NCBI GenBank assembly: GCA_947624005.1
Contig: CANQHV010000007.1
Span: 2,059-66,058 of the forward strand
DNA length: 64,000 nucleotides
DNA from: an uncultured Clostridia bacterium
GTDB taxonomy: Bacteria > Bacillota > Clostridia > Christensenellales > Borkfalkiaceae
Direction: 5' to 3'
Positions within the stretch are counted from its first letter, which is position 1. Each line of letters starts with the position of its first letter. The notes beneath the pieces were generated by a model. That model worked only from the letters and a program-made list of their open reading frames with translations. It had not been told where the DNA came from and searched no databases. The position numbers and the translations under genes were made by a program. Below are positions 16,547 to 25,875 of the stretch, one piece after another.

Positions 16547-19500
16547 CAGATTTCTATAGAACCCTCGTATGAAAGTTTAACCGTGCCGTCAAGTTCGACT
16601 TCGCCCTGCCCGTTAAGTTTTACAAACAAGTCGCCTCCCTTTAATTTGACGGTTATAATTTCGCCTTTTCTGCAACGCCCGTTCTTTATTGCGGCAACCG
16701 CAACCGCCGCCGCAGCCGTGCCGCAGGAAAGAGTTTCGCCGTTGCCTTTCTCCCATACGCGCATTTTCAACGTCAAATCGTTTACGATTCTCGCAAACTC
16801 GACAAACACTCCGTGCGGGAACTTGCCGCTGTCGGTAATTGCCTGCCCTATCGCCTCGATATCTATATCGTCAACCTTGTCGCAGAAAATCACGCAATGC
16901 GGGTTGCCTACGTTTACAAGCGTAATTTCCTGCTCGGTTTCGCCGAATTTAACGGTTTCTGAGATTACTTCGCCGTCGAAAAGCGCGGGAATTTCTTTCC
17001 CGTCGAATTTAGGCTTACCCAAATTTACCGAAACGGAGCTTGCTTTGCCGTTAAACGAGCTTACGCTTAAAGTTTTAACGCCGCTGCACGTTTCGATTGT
17101 CAGAGTATCGCCTTGCGTCAACCTGTTGTCGTAAAGGTATTTTGCAACGCACCTTACGGGGTTTGCCGCAAAGCCGCCGTCGCTTCCGTCGCGGTTAAAC
17201 ACCCTCATTCCCGCGTCGGCGATATCGGATTTTTCAATCATTACTATTCCGTCGCCGCCGATACCGAAATGTCTGTCTGAAAAGTTTATCGCAAGCGATT
17301 CGGGACAGGTTATCTGATTGTCCATATTGTTGAAGAATATGTAATCGTTGCCGCCCGACTGCATTTTGCTGAATCTTAACTTCAACTTTTCCTTTCTTAA
17401 ATGGTTTATATCGACAAGTTCGGTATTGAATTGGTTGTATCTGCCCGCAATTACGTCGGCAAGCGCGTTTGTCGTATCAAGCGAAGTCAAAACGGTTATG
17501 CCGAGCAAAATCGCGTGATGGTGCAAACTCATATAGTTGGTTATGGACTCGATATCGGTTTTGCCCGTATAAACTATGTAGTCTATCTTGCCCTCGTCCA
17601 TAAGTTTGAAAATTTCGTCGTTTGTGGAAAGCCTTGCAACGTCCGTACACTGCAAGCCGAGGCTTCGTATAACGTTTGCCGTACCCTTTGTAGCGTACAG
17701 TGTAAGACCGAGGTCCGCAAACTTTTTGACGATATTTACGATTTCGAATTTATCCTGATCGTTTATCGTAAAGTAGATGCCCGACGGGTGCTGTTTTGTC
17801 GGGTGCTTCATATTGAATCCCGCCGAAACAAGCCCTTTGAACAACGCCTCTTCTATTGTCTTGCCTATTCCCAGAACTTCGCCCGTGGACTTCATTTCGG
17901 GACCGAGTTGCGAGTTTACATTATTTAACTTTTCAAACGAGAAAACGGGCACTTTTACGGCTACATACGGCGAGTTGGGGTAAAGCCCCGTACCGTAACC
18001 GAGCCTTTTGAGTTTTGCGCCCATAAGAATTTTGGTTGCAAGGTCAACCATCGGCACGCCCGTAACTTTTGAAATATAAGGTATGGTGCGCGAAGCCCTC
18101 GGGTTTACTTCGATAACGTAAAGTTCGTTATGGTAAATAAGGTATTGAATGTTTATAAGTCCCTTTGTTTTAAGCGAAATTGCAAGCTTAATCGAAATAT
18201 CGACAACTTTTTTAAGCATAGCGTCGCTTAAATTATAGGGCGGGTAAACCGCAATCGAGTCGCCGCTGTGTACGCCCGCGCGCTCGATATGCTGCATAAT
18301 TCCGGGTATCAGCACGTCTACGCCGTCGGAAATGGCGTCAACTTCAAGCTCGGTGCCCATAAGGTACTTGTCGCACAGAACGGGGTTTTCAATCTTCTGC
18401 GAAAGAATTACGTCCATATATCTTTCGATATCGTTCTGAGTAAAGGCAATCGTCATATTCTGACCGCCGATAACATACGACGGGCGCAAAAGCACGGGAT
18501 AGCCAAGCGTTTCCGCGGCTTTAACCGCCTCTTCCTTGGTCATTACAGTAAGTCCTTTCGGGCGCGCGATAGCGAACTGTTCCAAAAGTTCGTCAAACCT
18601 TTCTCTGTCCTCCGCAAGGTCGACGCTGTCGGCGGGAGTGCCGAGTATTCTTATACCTTTTTTATCGAGATAAGAACACAGTTTTATTGCCGTCTGACCG
18701 CCGAAAGTTATGACTACGCCGTAAGGTTTTTCGATATCTATTACGTTTTGAACGTCCTCGGGCGTAAGCGCTTCGAAATACAGCCTGTCCGCCGTGTCGA
18801 AGTCGGTTGAAACGGTTTCGGGGTTGTTGTTTATTATTATAACCTCGTAACCAAGACGTTTAAGCGCCCAAACGCAGTGAACGGACGAATAATCGAATTC
18901 GATACCCTGTCCTATTCTTATGGGTCCCGAACCGATAACTATAATTCTGCGCTTTGTACTGCGTTGAACAAAAGGCTTTGCTTCGTCGTGTTCTTTTTCG
19001 TCGTAAGTCGAGTAGAAATAAGGCGTTTGAGCCGAAAATTCCGCGCCGCAGGTATCGACCATTTTAAATACGGCGGAACGTTTTGCGGGCAACTTGTTAC
19101 CCGAAATTTTCGCAAGTTCTTTATCGGGGTAGCCGAGTTTTTTGCCGCGGACGTACTCCTCACGCGAAATCGCTTTGCCCGCGATTTCTTTTTCGTAATT
19201 GACAAGATTGAGAAGTTTATTTAAGAACCATTCATCGATTTTGGTTATTTTATAAATTTCGTCTACGGTTATTCCGCGCTTTAACGCCTGAAAGACCACA
19301 AAAAGCCGTTCGTCCGTAACTTCGTACAGTTTTTCGCGGATTTCGTCGTCGGAAAATTCGGCGATTTTAGGCATATTTAACGTAGCGATTGAAATTTCCG
19401 CCCCGCGGACAGCTTTCATTATTGCCATTTCGAAGCTTGTGCCTATCGCCATAACCTCGCCCGTCGCTTTCATTCTCGTGCCGAGGTCGCGTTTTGCGTA

Positions 19501-20598
19501 AAGGAATTTATCGAAAGGCCATTTGGGAAGCTTTACGACGACATAGTCGAGCGTAGGCTCGAAGCAGGCGTAAGTTTTGCCCGTGACGTCGTTTTTGATT
19601 TCGTCGAGAGTATAGCCGAGCGCGATTTTGGTCGCTACCTTTGCTATCGGGTAGCCCGTAGCCTTTGAAGCGAGCGCGGACGAACGCGATACGCGCGGAT
19701 TGACTTCGATTACGGAATATTCGAACGAATCGGGGTTAAGCGCGAACTGACAGTTGCATCCGCCCTCTATTCCGAGTTCGGTTATTATATCGAGCGACGC
19801 GGTGCGCAGCATCTGATATTCCTTGTCCGAAAGCGTTACGGCGGGCGCGATAACTATCGAATCGCCCGTATGTACGCCGACTGGGTCGAAATTCTCCATC
19901 GAGCAGACGGTCAGAACGTTGCCCGCGCCGTCGCGGAGAACCTCGAACTCGATTTCTTTCCAACCGCCGATATATTTTTCTATCAGAACCTGCGTAATGG
20001 GCGATAAAATCAAACCGTTATGCGCTATAAGCCGCAATTCTTCCTCGGTTTTCGCAACGCCGCCGCCCGCGCCGCCCAAAGTATACGCGGGGCGGACTAT
20101 TACAGGGTACCCTATCTTCTTTGCGATTTCAACGCATTCGTCTACGGTATACGCAATGTCGGACGGAACAACGGGCTGATGGATTTTCTGCATCGTTTCT
20201 TTAAACAGCTCTCTGTCCTCGGCTCGGTCGATTGAATCGAGATTTACGCCGATAAGTTTTACGCCGTGTTCCGCCAAAAAGCCCGATTTCGCAAGCTGAC
20301 AGCCGAGCGTCAGACCCGTCTGACCGCCGAGCGAAGCAAGCACGCTGTCGGGCTTTTCCTTGATTATTATTCTTTTTATGGTGTCAACGGTAAGCGGTTC
20401 GAGATAGATTTCGTCCGCAAGCGCGCTGTCCGTCATAATCGTTGCGGGATTGGAGTTGCAAAGTACGACGTTTACGCCCGCGTCTTTAAGAACGCGGCAC
20501 GCTTGCGCGCCGGCATAATCGAATTCCGCCGCCTGACCTATAACTATCGGACCGGAACCTATAACCAAAACCTTTTTAATATCTTCTCTTTTAGGCAT
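16546..20598 (-). CDS. carB: carbamoyl-phosphate synthase large subunit fused in frame to a C-terminal DapF-like (diaminopimelate epimerase fold) domain
   Basis: 1350-aa uninterrupted ORF. Residues 1 to about 1071 are a complete CarB: two ATP-grasp repeats, an oligomerisation domain and an MGS-like domain ending ..VDINHLRKEK. Residues from about 1072 read LKLRFSKMQSGGNDYIFF..GIGGDG..VGNPHCVIF..WEKGNGETLSCGT.., which matches DapF. Confidence 0.9.
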   Translation of the reverse strand: MPKREDIKKVLVIGSGPIVIGQAAEFDYAGAQACRVLKDAGVNVVLCNSNPATIMTDSALADEIYLEPLTVDTIKRIIIKEKPDSVLASLGGQTGLTLGCQLAKSGFLAEHGVKLIGVNLDSIDRAEDRELFKETMQKIHQPVVPSDIAYTVDECVEIAKKIGYPVIVRPAYTLGGAGGGVAKTEEELRLIAHNGLILSPITQVLIEKYIGGWKEIEFEVLRDGAGNVLTVCSMENFDPVGVHTGDSIVIAPAVTLSDKEYQMLRTASLDIITELGIEGGCNCQFALNPDSFEYSVIEVNPRVSRSSALASKATGYPIAKVATKIALGYTLDEIKNDVTGKTYACFEPTLDYVVVKLPKWPFDKFLYAKRDLGTRMKATGEVMAIGTSFEMAIMKAVRGAEISIATLNMPKIAEFSDDEIREKLYEVTDERLFVVFQALKRGITVDEIYKITKIDEWFLNKLLNLVNYEKEIAGKAISREEYVRGKKLGYPDKELAKISGNKLPAKRSAVFKMVDTCGAEFSAQTPYFYSTYDEKEHDEAKPFVQRSTKRRIIVIGSGPIRIGQGIEFDYSSVHCVWALKRLGYEVIIINNNPETVSTDFDTADRLYFEALTPEDVQNVIDIEKPYGVVITFGGQTAIKLCSYLDKKGIRILGTPADSVDLAEDRERFDELLEQFAIARPKGLTVMTKEEAVKAAETLGYPVLLRPSYVIGGQNMTIAFTQNDIERYMDVILSQKIENPVLCDKYLMGTELEVDAISDGVDVLIPGIMQHIERAGVHSGDSIAVYPPYNLSDAMLKKVVDISIKLAISLKTKGLINIQYLIYHNELYVIEVNPRASRTIPYISKVTGVPMVDLATKILMGAKLKRLGYGTGLYPNSPYVAVKVPVFSFEKLNNVNSQLGPEMKSTGEVLGIGKTIEEALFKGLVSAGFNMKHPTKQHPSGIYFTINDQDKFEIVNIVKKFADLGLTLYATKGTANVIRSLGLQCTDVARLSTNDEIFKLMDEGKIDYIVYTGKTDIESITNYMSLHHHAILLGITVLTSLDTTNALADVIAGRYNQFNTELVDINHLRKEKLKLRFSKMQSGGNDYIFFNNMDNQITCPESLAINFSDRHFGIGGDGIVMIEKSDIADAGMRVFNRDGSDGGFAANPVRCVAKYLYDNRLTQGDTLTIETCSGVKTLSVSSFNGKASSVSVNLGKPKFDGKEIPALFDGEVISETVKFGETEQEITLVNVGNPHCVIFCDKVDDIDIEAIGQAITDSGKFPHGVFVEFARIVNDLTLKMRVWEKGNGETLSCGTAAAAVAVAAIKNGRCRKGEIITVKLKGGDLFVKLNGQGEVELDGTVKLSYEGSIEI
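16549..17385 (-). other. DapF-like domain inside the carB ORF (codons 1072-1350)
   Basis: Aligns by eye to DapF along its whole length. NRDGSDGGFAANPVRCVAKY occupies the position of the canonical N.DGSE...CGNG.RC.AKY, with Ala at 17167..17169 where the catalytic Cys is expected. The second catalytic Cys (ETLSCGT) is retained. Confidence 0.8.
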
Positions 20599-21667
20599 TG
20601 TACTTCCCCTCCTTTATGTTTTTAATGAATTTGTCGAAAAGGAAGGACGCGTCCTGCGGTCCGCCGCACGCTTCGGGGTGGAACTGCACGGTGTAAGCGT
20701 TCAATTCGGGATATTCGAACCCCTCGCAGGTGTTGTCGTTCGCGTTGATATAACTTAATTTGCCCACTCCTTCAAGGCTCGACGATATTACTTCATAGCC
20801 GTGGTTCTGGCTCGATATATACACCCTGCCCGTATCGAGATTTTTAACGGGCTGATTTGCGCCGCGGTGTCCGTATTTCATTTTCTTTGTCTTACCGCCC
20901 ATAGCGAGCGCAAACAGCTGATGTCCGAGGCATATTCCGAAAATCGGAAGCTTGCCCGCAAGTTTTTTGATATTTTCGATAATTCCCACGTTTTCGGCAG
21001 GGTCACCGGGACCGTTTGTAAGCATCAGTCCTTGGGGATTCAACGCAAGAATCTGCTCTGCCGTATAAAAGGACGGCACGCGCATACAGTAGCAACCGCG
21101 TTTTACAAGCTCGCGCGAAATATTGTCTTTCGCGCCGAAATCCCACACCGCTACCCTTAAACCGTTGGGGTCGCCGCTGTACTCGACTTCCGTGCAAGTA
21201 ACGCTGTTTACTGCGTTTACAATACGGTATTTTTTAATCTCGTCGAAATTTTCAAGCGGTTTCGAGGTTATAGCGGCGTTCATAACGCCCGTTTCGCGCA
21301 CGATTTTGGTAAGTTCGCGAGTATCTATGCCGTATAAGCCTATTATCCCTTTTTCTTCGAGATATTTTTCAAGCGTTTTTTCGCATCTGAAATTTGACGG
21401 CTCGTCGCACTTTTCCCTGACGATATAGGCGGAAACCCACGGCTTTTTACTCTCCTGATCGGGAGAAATCATGCCGTAATTGCCTATAAGCGGGAAAGTC
21501 TGCGTAACTATCTGTCCATAATAGCTCGGGTCGGTCAACGTTTCGATATAGCCCGTCATACCCGTGGTAAAAACAAGCTCGCCGACGATTTCACCGTCCG
21601 CGCCGAAACGCTTTCCGACGAATTGCTTTCCGTTTTGCAGTGTTAAATAAGCTCTGCCGTTTTTCAT
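20591..21667 (-). CDS. carA: carbamoyl-phosphate synthase small (glutaminase) subunit
   Basis: Catalytic triad context GICLGHQ and ..HPE... Start taken at MKNGRAYLTL (21667). Overlaps carB by 8 nt. Confidence 0.95.
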   Translation of the reverse strand: MKNGRAYLTLQNGKQFVGKRFGADGEIVGELVFTTGMTGYIETLTDPSYYGQIVTQTFPLIGNYGMISPDQESKKPWVSAYIVREKCDEPSNFRCEKTLEKYLEEKGIIGLYGIDTRELTKIVRETGVMNAAITSKPLENFDEIKKYRIVNAVNSVTCTEVEYSGDPNGLRVAVWDFGAKDNISRELVKRGCYCMRVPSFYTAEQILALNPQGLMLTNGPGDPAENVGIIENIKKLAGKLPIFGICLGHQLFALAMGGKTKKMKYGHRGANQPVKNLDTGRVYISSQNHGYEVISSSLEGVGKLSYINANDNTCEGFEYPELNAYTVQFHPEACGGPQDASFLFDKFIKNIKEGKYNA

Positions 21668-21688
21668 AGTAAGTATCAATCCTCGAAA

Positions 21689-22591
21689 TTATTTTAAAAG
21701 TTTAACCATTACGGCCTTTTGCGCGTGAAGTCTGTTTTCCGCCTCGTCGAAAATTTCTTTCGCGTGCGCTTCGAAAACTCCCTCAGTTATCTCTTCTCCG
21801 CGGTGCGCGGGCAGACAGTGCATAACCATAACGTCGTCTTTTGCCGCTTTTATGTTCTTTTCGTTTACCTGATAACCGACAAACGCGTGCTCGCGTTCGT
21901 TCTTTTCTTTCTCCATACCCATCGAAGCCCAGACGTCGGTATAGATTACGTCCGCGCCTTCAAGCGCCTCTTCGACACTTTCGGTTATTTTGAAATCGCC
22001 GTTCGCCGCCGCCCATTCCGAAATTCCCTTGTCGGGTTCGTAACCTTTCGGGCAGGCGATTGTGTAAGACATTTCAAGTTTGATTGCGCCGACCGCAAGG
22101 CTGTTTGCCATATTGTTGCCGTCGCCGATAAACGCCATTTTAAGCCCCTTGAAACTGCCCTTGTATTCGCGGATTGTCATAAGGTCGGCAAGTACCTGAC
22201 AAGGGTGCGCATAGTCGGTAAGACCGTTGATTACGGGGATAGAGCCGTATTTTGCAAGGTCTTCTACTTCTTTTTGGGCAAAAGTACGTATCATTATACC
22301 GTCGAGATAGCGCGAAAGCACGCGGGCGGTATCCTGAACGGGCTCGCCTCTGCCTATCTGCAAATCGTTGCTCGAAAGGAAAAGACCGTATCCGCCGAGT
22401 TCGAAAATGCCCGCCTCGAAAGAAACGCGCGTGCGCGTTGACGCTTTCTGGAAAATCATTCCCAACTTTTTCCCTTCAAGATACTTCTTTATAATACCGT
22501 TGTTGCGTTCGAATTTAAGTTGGTCCGCAAGGTTTAAAATCGAAAGAATATCCTCGCGCGACAAATCCGAAAGTTTTAATAAATGTTTCAT
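21689..22591 (-). CDS. argF: ornithine carbamoyltransferase
   Basis: 300 aa with STRTR, the HPCQ context and HCLPAHRGEE. Confidence 0.95.
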   Translation of the reverse strand: MKHLLKLSDLSREDILSILNLADQLKFERNNGIIKKYLEGKKLGMIFQKASTRTRVSFEAGIFELGGYGLFLSSNDLQIGRGEPVQDTARVLSRYLDGIMIRTFAQKEVEDLAKYGSIPVINGLTDYAHPCQVLADLMTIREYKGSFKGLKMAFIGDGNNMANSLAVGAIKLEMSYTIACPKGYEPDKGISEWAAANGDFKITESVEEALEGADVIYTDVWASMGMEKEKNEREHAFVGYQVNEKNIKAAKDDVMVMHCLPAHRGEEITEGVFEAHAKEIFDEAENRLHAQKAVMVKLLK

Positions 22592-23754
22592 TCAGAAATC
22601 ACCTCATTCAAAATTTTCAAAGCCTCGTCCATTTCGGGTTTGGTTATAATCAACGGCGGCAAAAGCCTTACCCTTTTATGCGCCGTCAGAACTATAAGTC
22701 CTCTGTCGAGGCATTTCTGCGCAATCTCGCGCGCAGGTTTGGTCGTGCCTATACCTATCATAAGCCCCTTACCCGTAACTTCCGTAACGTTTTTGATACG
22801 TTTGATATTTTCGGTAAGGTATGCGCCTTTCCCCTGCACTTCAAGCAAAAGCGCGTCGTCTATACGGTTTATTATACTGTAAGCTCCCGCGCAAGCCACG
22901 GGGTTGCCGCCGAAAGTCGAACCGTGGTCGCCCGCCGAAAGCGTATATTCGGTTTTACCGAACATCATACACGCGCCAATCGGAAGCCCGCCGCCGAGCG
23001 CTTTCGCCGTCGTAACGATATCGGGTTCAAGACCGTAAGCCATATAAGAATACAGATACCCCGTTCTGCCGTTGCCCGTCTGCACTTCGTCTATAATCAA
23101 AAGAATATCGCGTTCTTTACAGAATTTTTCAAGATTTTTCAGAAAATCTCCGTCGAGAACATTCACTCCGCTTTCGCCCTGAATTGTTTCAACCATAACG
23201 GCGCAGGTTTTATCGGTATAACACTTTAATATGCCGTCCATAGTCGGCTCGGCGTATTTAAAGCCGTCCACAAAAGGCGCAAACTTTGTATGGAAAGCGT
23301 CTTGCCCCGTCGCTGAAAGAGTCGCAATGGTTCTGCCGTGGAAGGATTCTTTCAACGTGATTATTTCGTATCTTCCCTCGCCGTATTTGTCGTAAGAATA
23401 CTTGCGCGCGGTCTTTATAGCGCATTCGTTGGCTTCGGCTCCGCTGTTCGAAAAGAAAACCTTTTTCGCGCCCGTGCGCTCGCACAGTAGTTTTGCAAGT
23501 TTTACCTGCGGTTCGGCATAATAAAGGTTGCAAACGTGCTGAATACGGTTGATTTGTTCCACAACCGCGTCTTTCCACTCTTCGTCGTTTATTCCGAAAG
23601 CGTTTACGCCTATGCCCGTGGCAAAGTCCAGATACTTTTTGCCGTCCGAACCTATAAGCGTGCAACCGTTTCCGTCGGTTATCGCGACGTTGAAACGCGC
23701 GTAAGTATTTGCAACGTACAATTTATCGTCTGTAAATATATCAATTTTGCCCAT
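22588..23754 (-). CDS. argD: acetylornithine aminotransferase
   Basis: 388 aa class-III aminotransferase with SNSGAEANE, DEVQTG and the PLP lysine in TTAKALGGG. ATGA overlap with argF. Confidence 0.9.
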   Translation of the reverse strand: MGKIDIFTDDKLYVANTYARFNVAITDGNGCTLIGSDGKKYLDFATGIGVNAFGINDEEWKDAVVEQINRIQHVCNLYYAEPQVKLAKLLCERTGAKKVFFSNSGAEANECAIKTARKYSYDKYGEGRYEIITLKESFHGRTIATLSATGQDAFHTKFAPFVDGFKYAEPTMDGILKCYTDKTCAVMVETIQGESGVNVLDGDFLKNLEKFCKERDILLIIDEVQTGNGRTGYLYSYMAYGLEPDIVTTAKALGGGLPIGACMMFGKTEYTLSAGDHGSTFGGNPVACAGAYSIINRIDDALLLEVQGKGAYLTENIKRIKNVTEVTGKGLMIGIGTTKPAREIAQKCLDRGLIVLTAHKRVRLLPPLIITKPEMDEALKILNEVISE

Positions 23755-23771
23755 TAAAGCACCTCTTTACT

Positions 23772-23803
23772 AAAAGAAAGACTGATTAAAAAATTAATCA
23801 GTC
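23772..23803 (-). terminator. A+T-rich hairpin plus U-tract inside the arg operon (argB/argD junction); possible partial terminator
   Basis: On the minus-strand RNA: GACUGAUUAA-UUUU-UUAAUCAGUC, a perfect 10-bp stem (23780..23789 with 23794..23803), followed by UUUCUUUU and then the argD RBS AAAGAGG. Confidence 0.4.
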
Positions 23804-23805
23804 AA

Positions 23806-24651
23806 TCAAAGGAACATCGTTCCGCTGCCCTCGTCGGATAATATTTCAACTAAAATGGAATGGGAAACCCTGCCGTCCGTGATAAACACTTTTTTCACGC
23901 CGCGACGTATTGCTTCTTTGCAACATTCTATTTTCGGAATCATACCGCCTGAAATAATTCCCTGTTTTATAAGCGCAGGTATATCGGAAACGTATACCTT
24001 TTTGATAAGACTGTCGGGGTCGTCCTTGTTCTCCATAAGACCTTTTATATCGGTCATAAGTATAAGACCCTCTGCGTCAAGCGCACCTGCGATTGCCGCC
24101 GCCGCAGTGTCCGCATTAACGTTATAAATATTTCCGTCGTCGTCGCAACCGACCGTGGAAATGACGGGGATATAGCCCTTATCGAGTAAATCGATAATTA
24201 TCTGCGGGTCGATACGGGTGACTTTTCCCACAAAGCCGAGGGCTTCGTCCTGCTTTTCGCATTGAAGAAAATGCCCGTCCTGTCCGCAGATACCGATTGC
24301 TTTTCCCTCGTTTCTTTCAAGAAGGTCAACAAGCGATTTGTTTACTTTACCCGCAAGCACCATTCTTACTATTTCCGCCGTTTCTTCGTCGGTATATCTT
24401 AAACCGTTGACGAATTTCGACTCTTTGCCCATCTTTTTAAGCGTGTCGGAAATCTCGGGACCGCCGCCGTGAACAAGCACGACTTTGATTCCGAGCAAAC
24501 GGAGCGCGACGAGATCGCGCATTACGGACGATTTCAATTTTTCGTCTATCATAGCGTTCCCGCCGTATTTTACGACAAGTATTTTATTGAAATATTTTTT
24601 AATATAAGGTATTGCCTCTATTAAAAATTCGGCTTGTTCTATCTGATCCAT
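23806..24651 (-). CDS. argB: acetylglutamate kinase
   Basis: 281 aa with VVKYGGNAM, VLVHGGGP and the amino-acid kinase fold. Confidence 0.95.
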   Translation of the reverse strand: MDQIEQAEFLIEAIPYIKKYFNKILVVKYGGNAMIDEKLKSSVMRDLVALRLLGIKVVLVHGGGPEISDTLKKMGKESKFVNGLRYTDEETAEIVRMVLAGKVNKSLVDLLERNEGKAIGICGQDGHFLQCEKQDEALGFVGKVTRIDPQIIIDLLDKGYIPVISTVGCDDDGNIYNVNADTAAAAIAGALDAEGLILMTDIKGLMENKDDPDSLIKKVYVSDIPALIKQGIISGGMIPKIECCKEAIRRGVKKVFITDGRVSHSILVEILSDEGSGTMFL

Positions 24652-25869
24652 TTAAGTTCTGTAATCTCCGTTGATTTTTACGTAGTCGTAAGTCAAATCG
24701 CAACCCCACGCCGCCGCTTTGCACGCGCCGAGTTTTAAGTCGATATTAATTTTGATTTCGTCTTCCGATAAAAGCTTTTTTGCAAAATCTTCGTCGAAAT
24801 CCACGCCGTAACCGTCGCGGCAGACAAGAAGTTTGCCGACTTTCGAGGCGAACTCGACGTCAATAGATAAGGGATTGATTTTTTCGCCCGAATAACCTAT
24901 TGCGCACAGCACCCTGCCCCAATTGGCGTCGGCGCCGAACATCGCCGCCTTTACAAGCGAGGATTTTATTACCGTTTTTGCGACGGTTTTAGCCATTTTA
25001 ACGGTTTTTGCGCCGCGAACGTTACATTCAATAAGCTTTGTCGCACCCTCGCCGTCTTTTGCAATCATTTTCGAAAGTTTGACGGAGCAATGACGGAGCG
25101 CACGGCAGAAAGCCTTGAAATCTTTGCCGTCCTTTGTTATTTTTTCATTCCCAGCAAGCCCGTTTGCCATAATACAGCAAGTATCGTTCGTCGATTGGTC
25201 GCCGTCCACGCTTACCATATTGAACGACGATTTAACATCGGCGGAAAGAGCCGCGCGAAGCATTTCGGGGCTTATCGCCACGTCGCTTGTAAAAAATATC
25301 AGATTTGTCGCCATATTCGGACAAACCATACCGACGCCCTTCGCTATGCCGCCTATTCTGCACTTCACGCCGTTCAAATCAAACTCGACCGCAACCGACT
25401 TTTTAACCGTATCGGTTGTCATTATAGCCTCGTTCGCGTCCTCGGAGTTATTGCCGAGCGCGGCGTAAAGTCCGTCTATGCCCTGTTCCATCGGGTCGAG
25501 GGTCATTTTCATACCGATAACGCCCGTGGAAGCGACAATTACGTCCTCGGCTTTAATGCCGCTTACCCTTTCGACAAGCGCACACATACCCTCGGCAAGC
25601 TCGATACCGTTGGAATTGCAGGTATTGGCATTGCCGCTGTTGCAAATTATAGCCTGCGCCACGCCGTTTTCGAGGTTGCGTTTGGTAACCACAACGGGCG
25701 CGCCCTTTACAAGGTTGCTTGTATAAACGCCCGCAGCCGAAGCTTTGACTTCGCTGACAATAAGCGCAAGGTCTTTTTTTGTTCTGTTTTTTCTCAAACC
25801 GCAGTGAATCCCCGCGGCTTTGAAACCTTTGGGTGCGCAAACGCCGCCCGAAATTTCAATTATACTCAT
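24652..25869 (-). CDS. argJ: bifunctional ornithine acetyltransferase / N-acetylglutamate synthase
   Basis: 405 aa with the autoprocessing site context CPNMATN and the C-terminal ..DLTYDYVKINGDYRT. Confidence 0.95.
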   Translation of the reverse strand: MSIIEISGGVCAPKGFKAAGIHCGLRKNRTKKDLALIVSEVKASAAGVYTSNLVKGAPVVVTKRNLENGVAQAIICNSGNANTCNSNGIELAEGMCALVERVSGIKAEDVIVASTGVIGMKMTLDPMEQGIDGLYAALGNNSEDANEAIMTTDTVKKSVAVEFDLNGVKCRIGGIAKGVGMVCPNMATNLIFFTSDVAISPEMLRAALSADVKSSFNMVSVDGDQSTNDTCCIMANGLAGNEKITKDGKDFKAFCRALRHCSVKLSKMIAKDGEGATKLIECNVRGAKTVKMAKTVAKTVIKSSLVKAAMFGADANWGRVLCAIGYSGEKINPLSIDVEFASKVGKLLVCRDGYGVDFDEDFAKKLLSEDEIKINIDLKLGACKAAAWGCDLTYDYVKINGDYRT

Positions 25870-25875
25870 TTCTTC

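Noticed and set aside
17362-17400. Independent dapF gene starting at the internal TTG (17385) or ATG (17364), instead of a fusion.
   Set aside because: There is no stop codon in the carB frame anywhere upstream of it, so ribosomes translating carB must continue into the DapF-like part. Internal initiation may occur in addition but cannot be shown from sequence.
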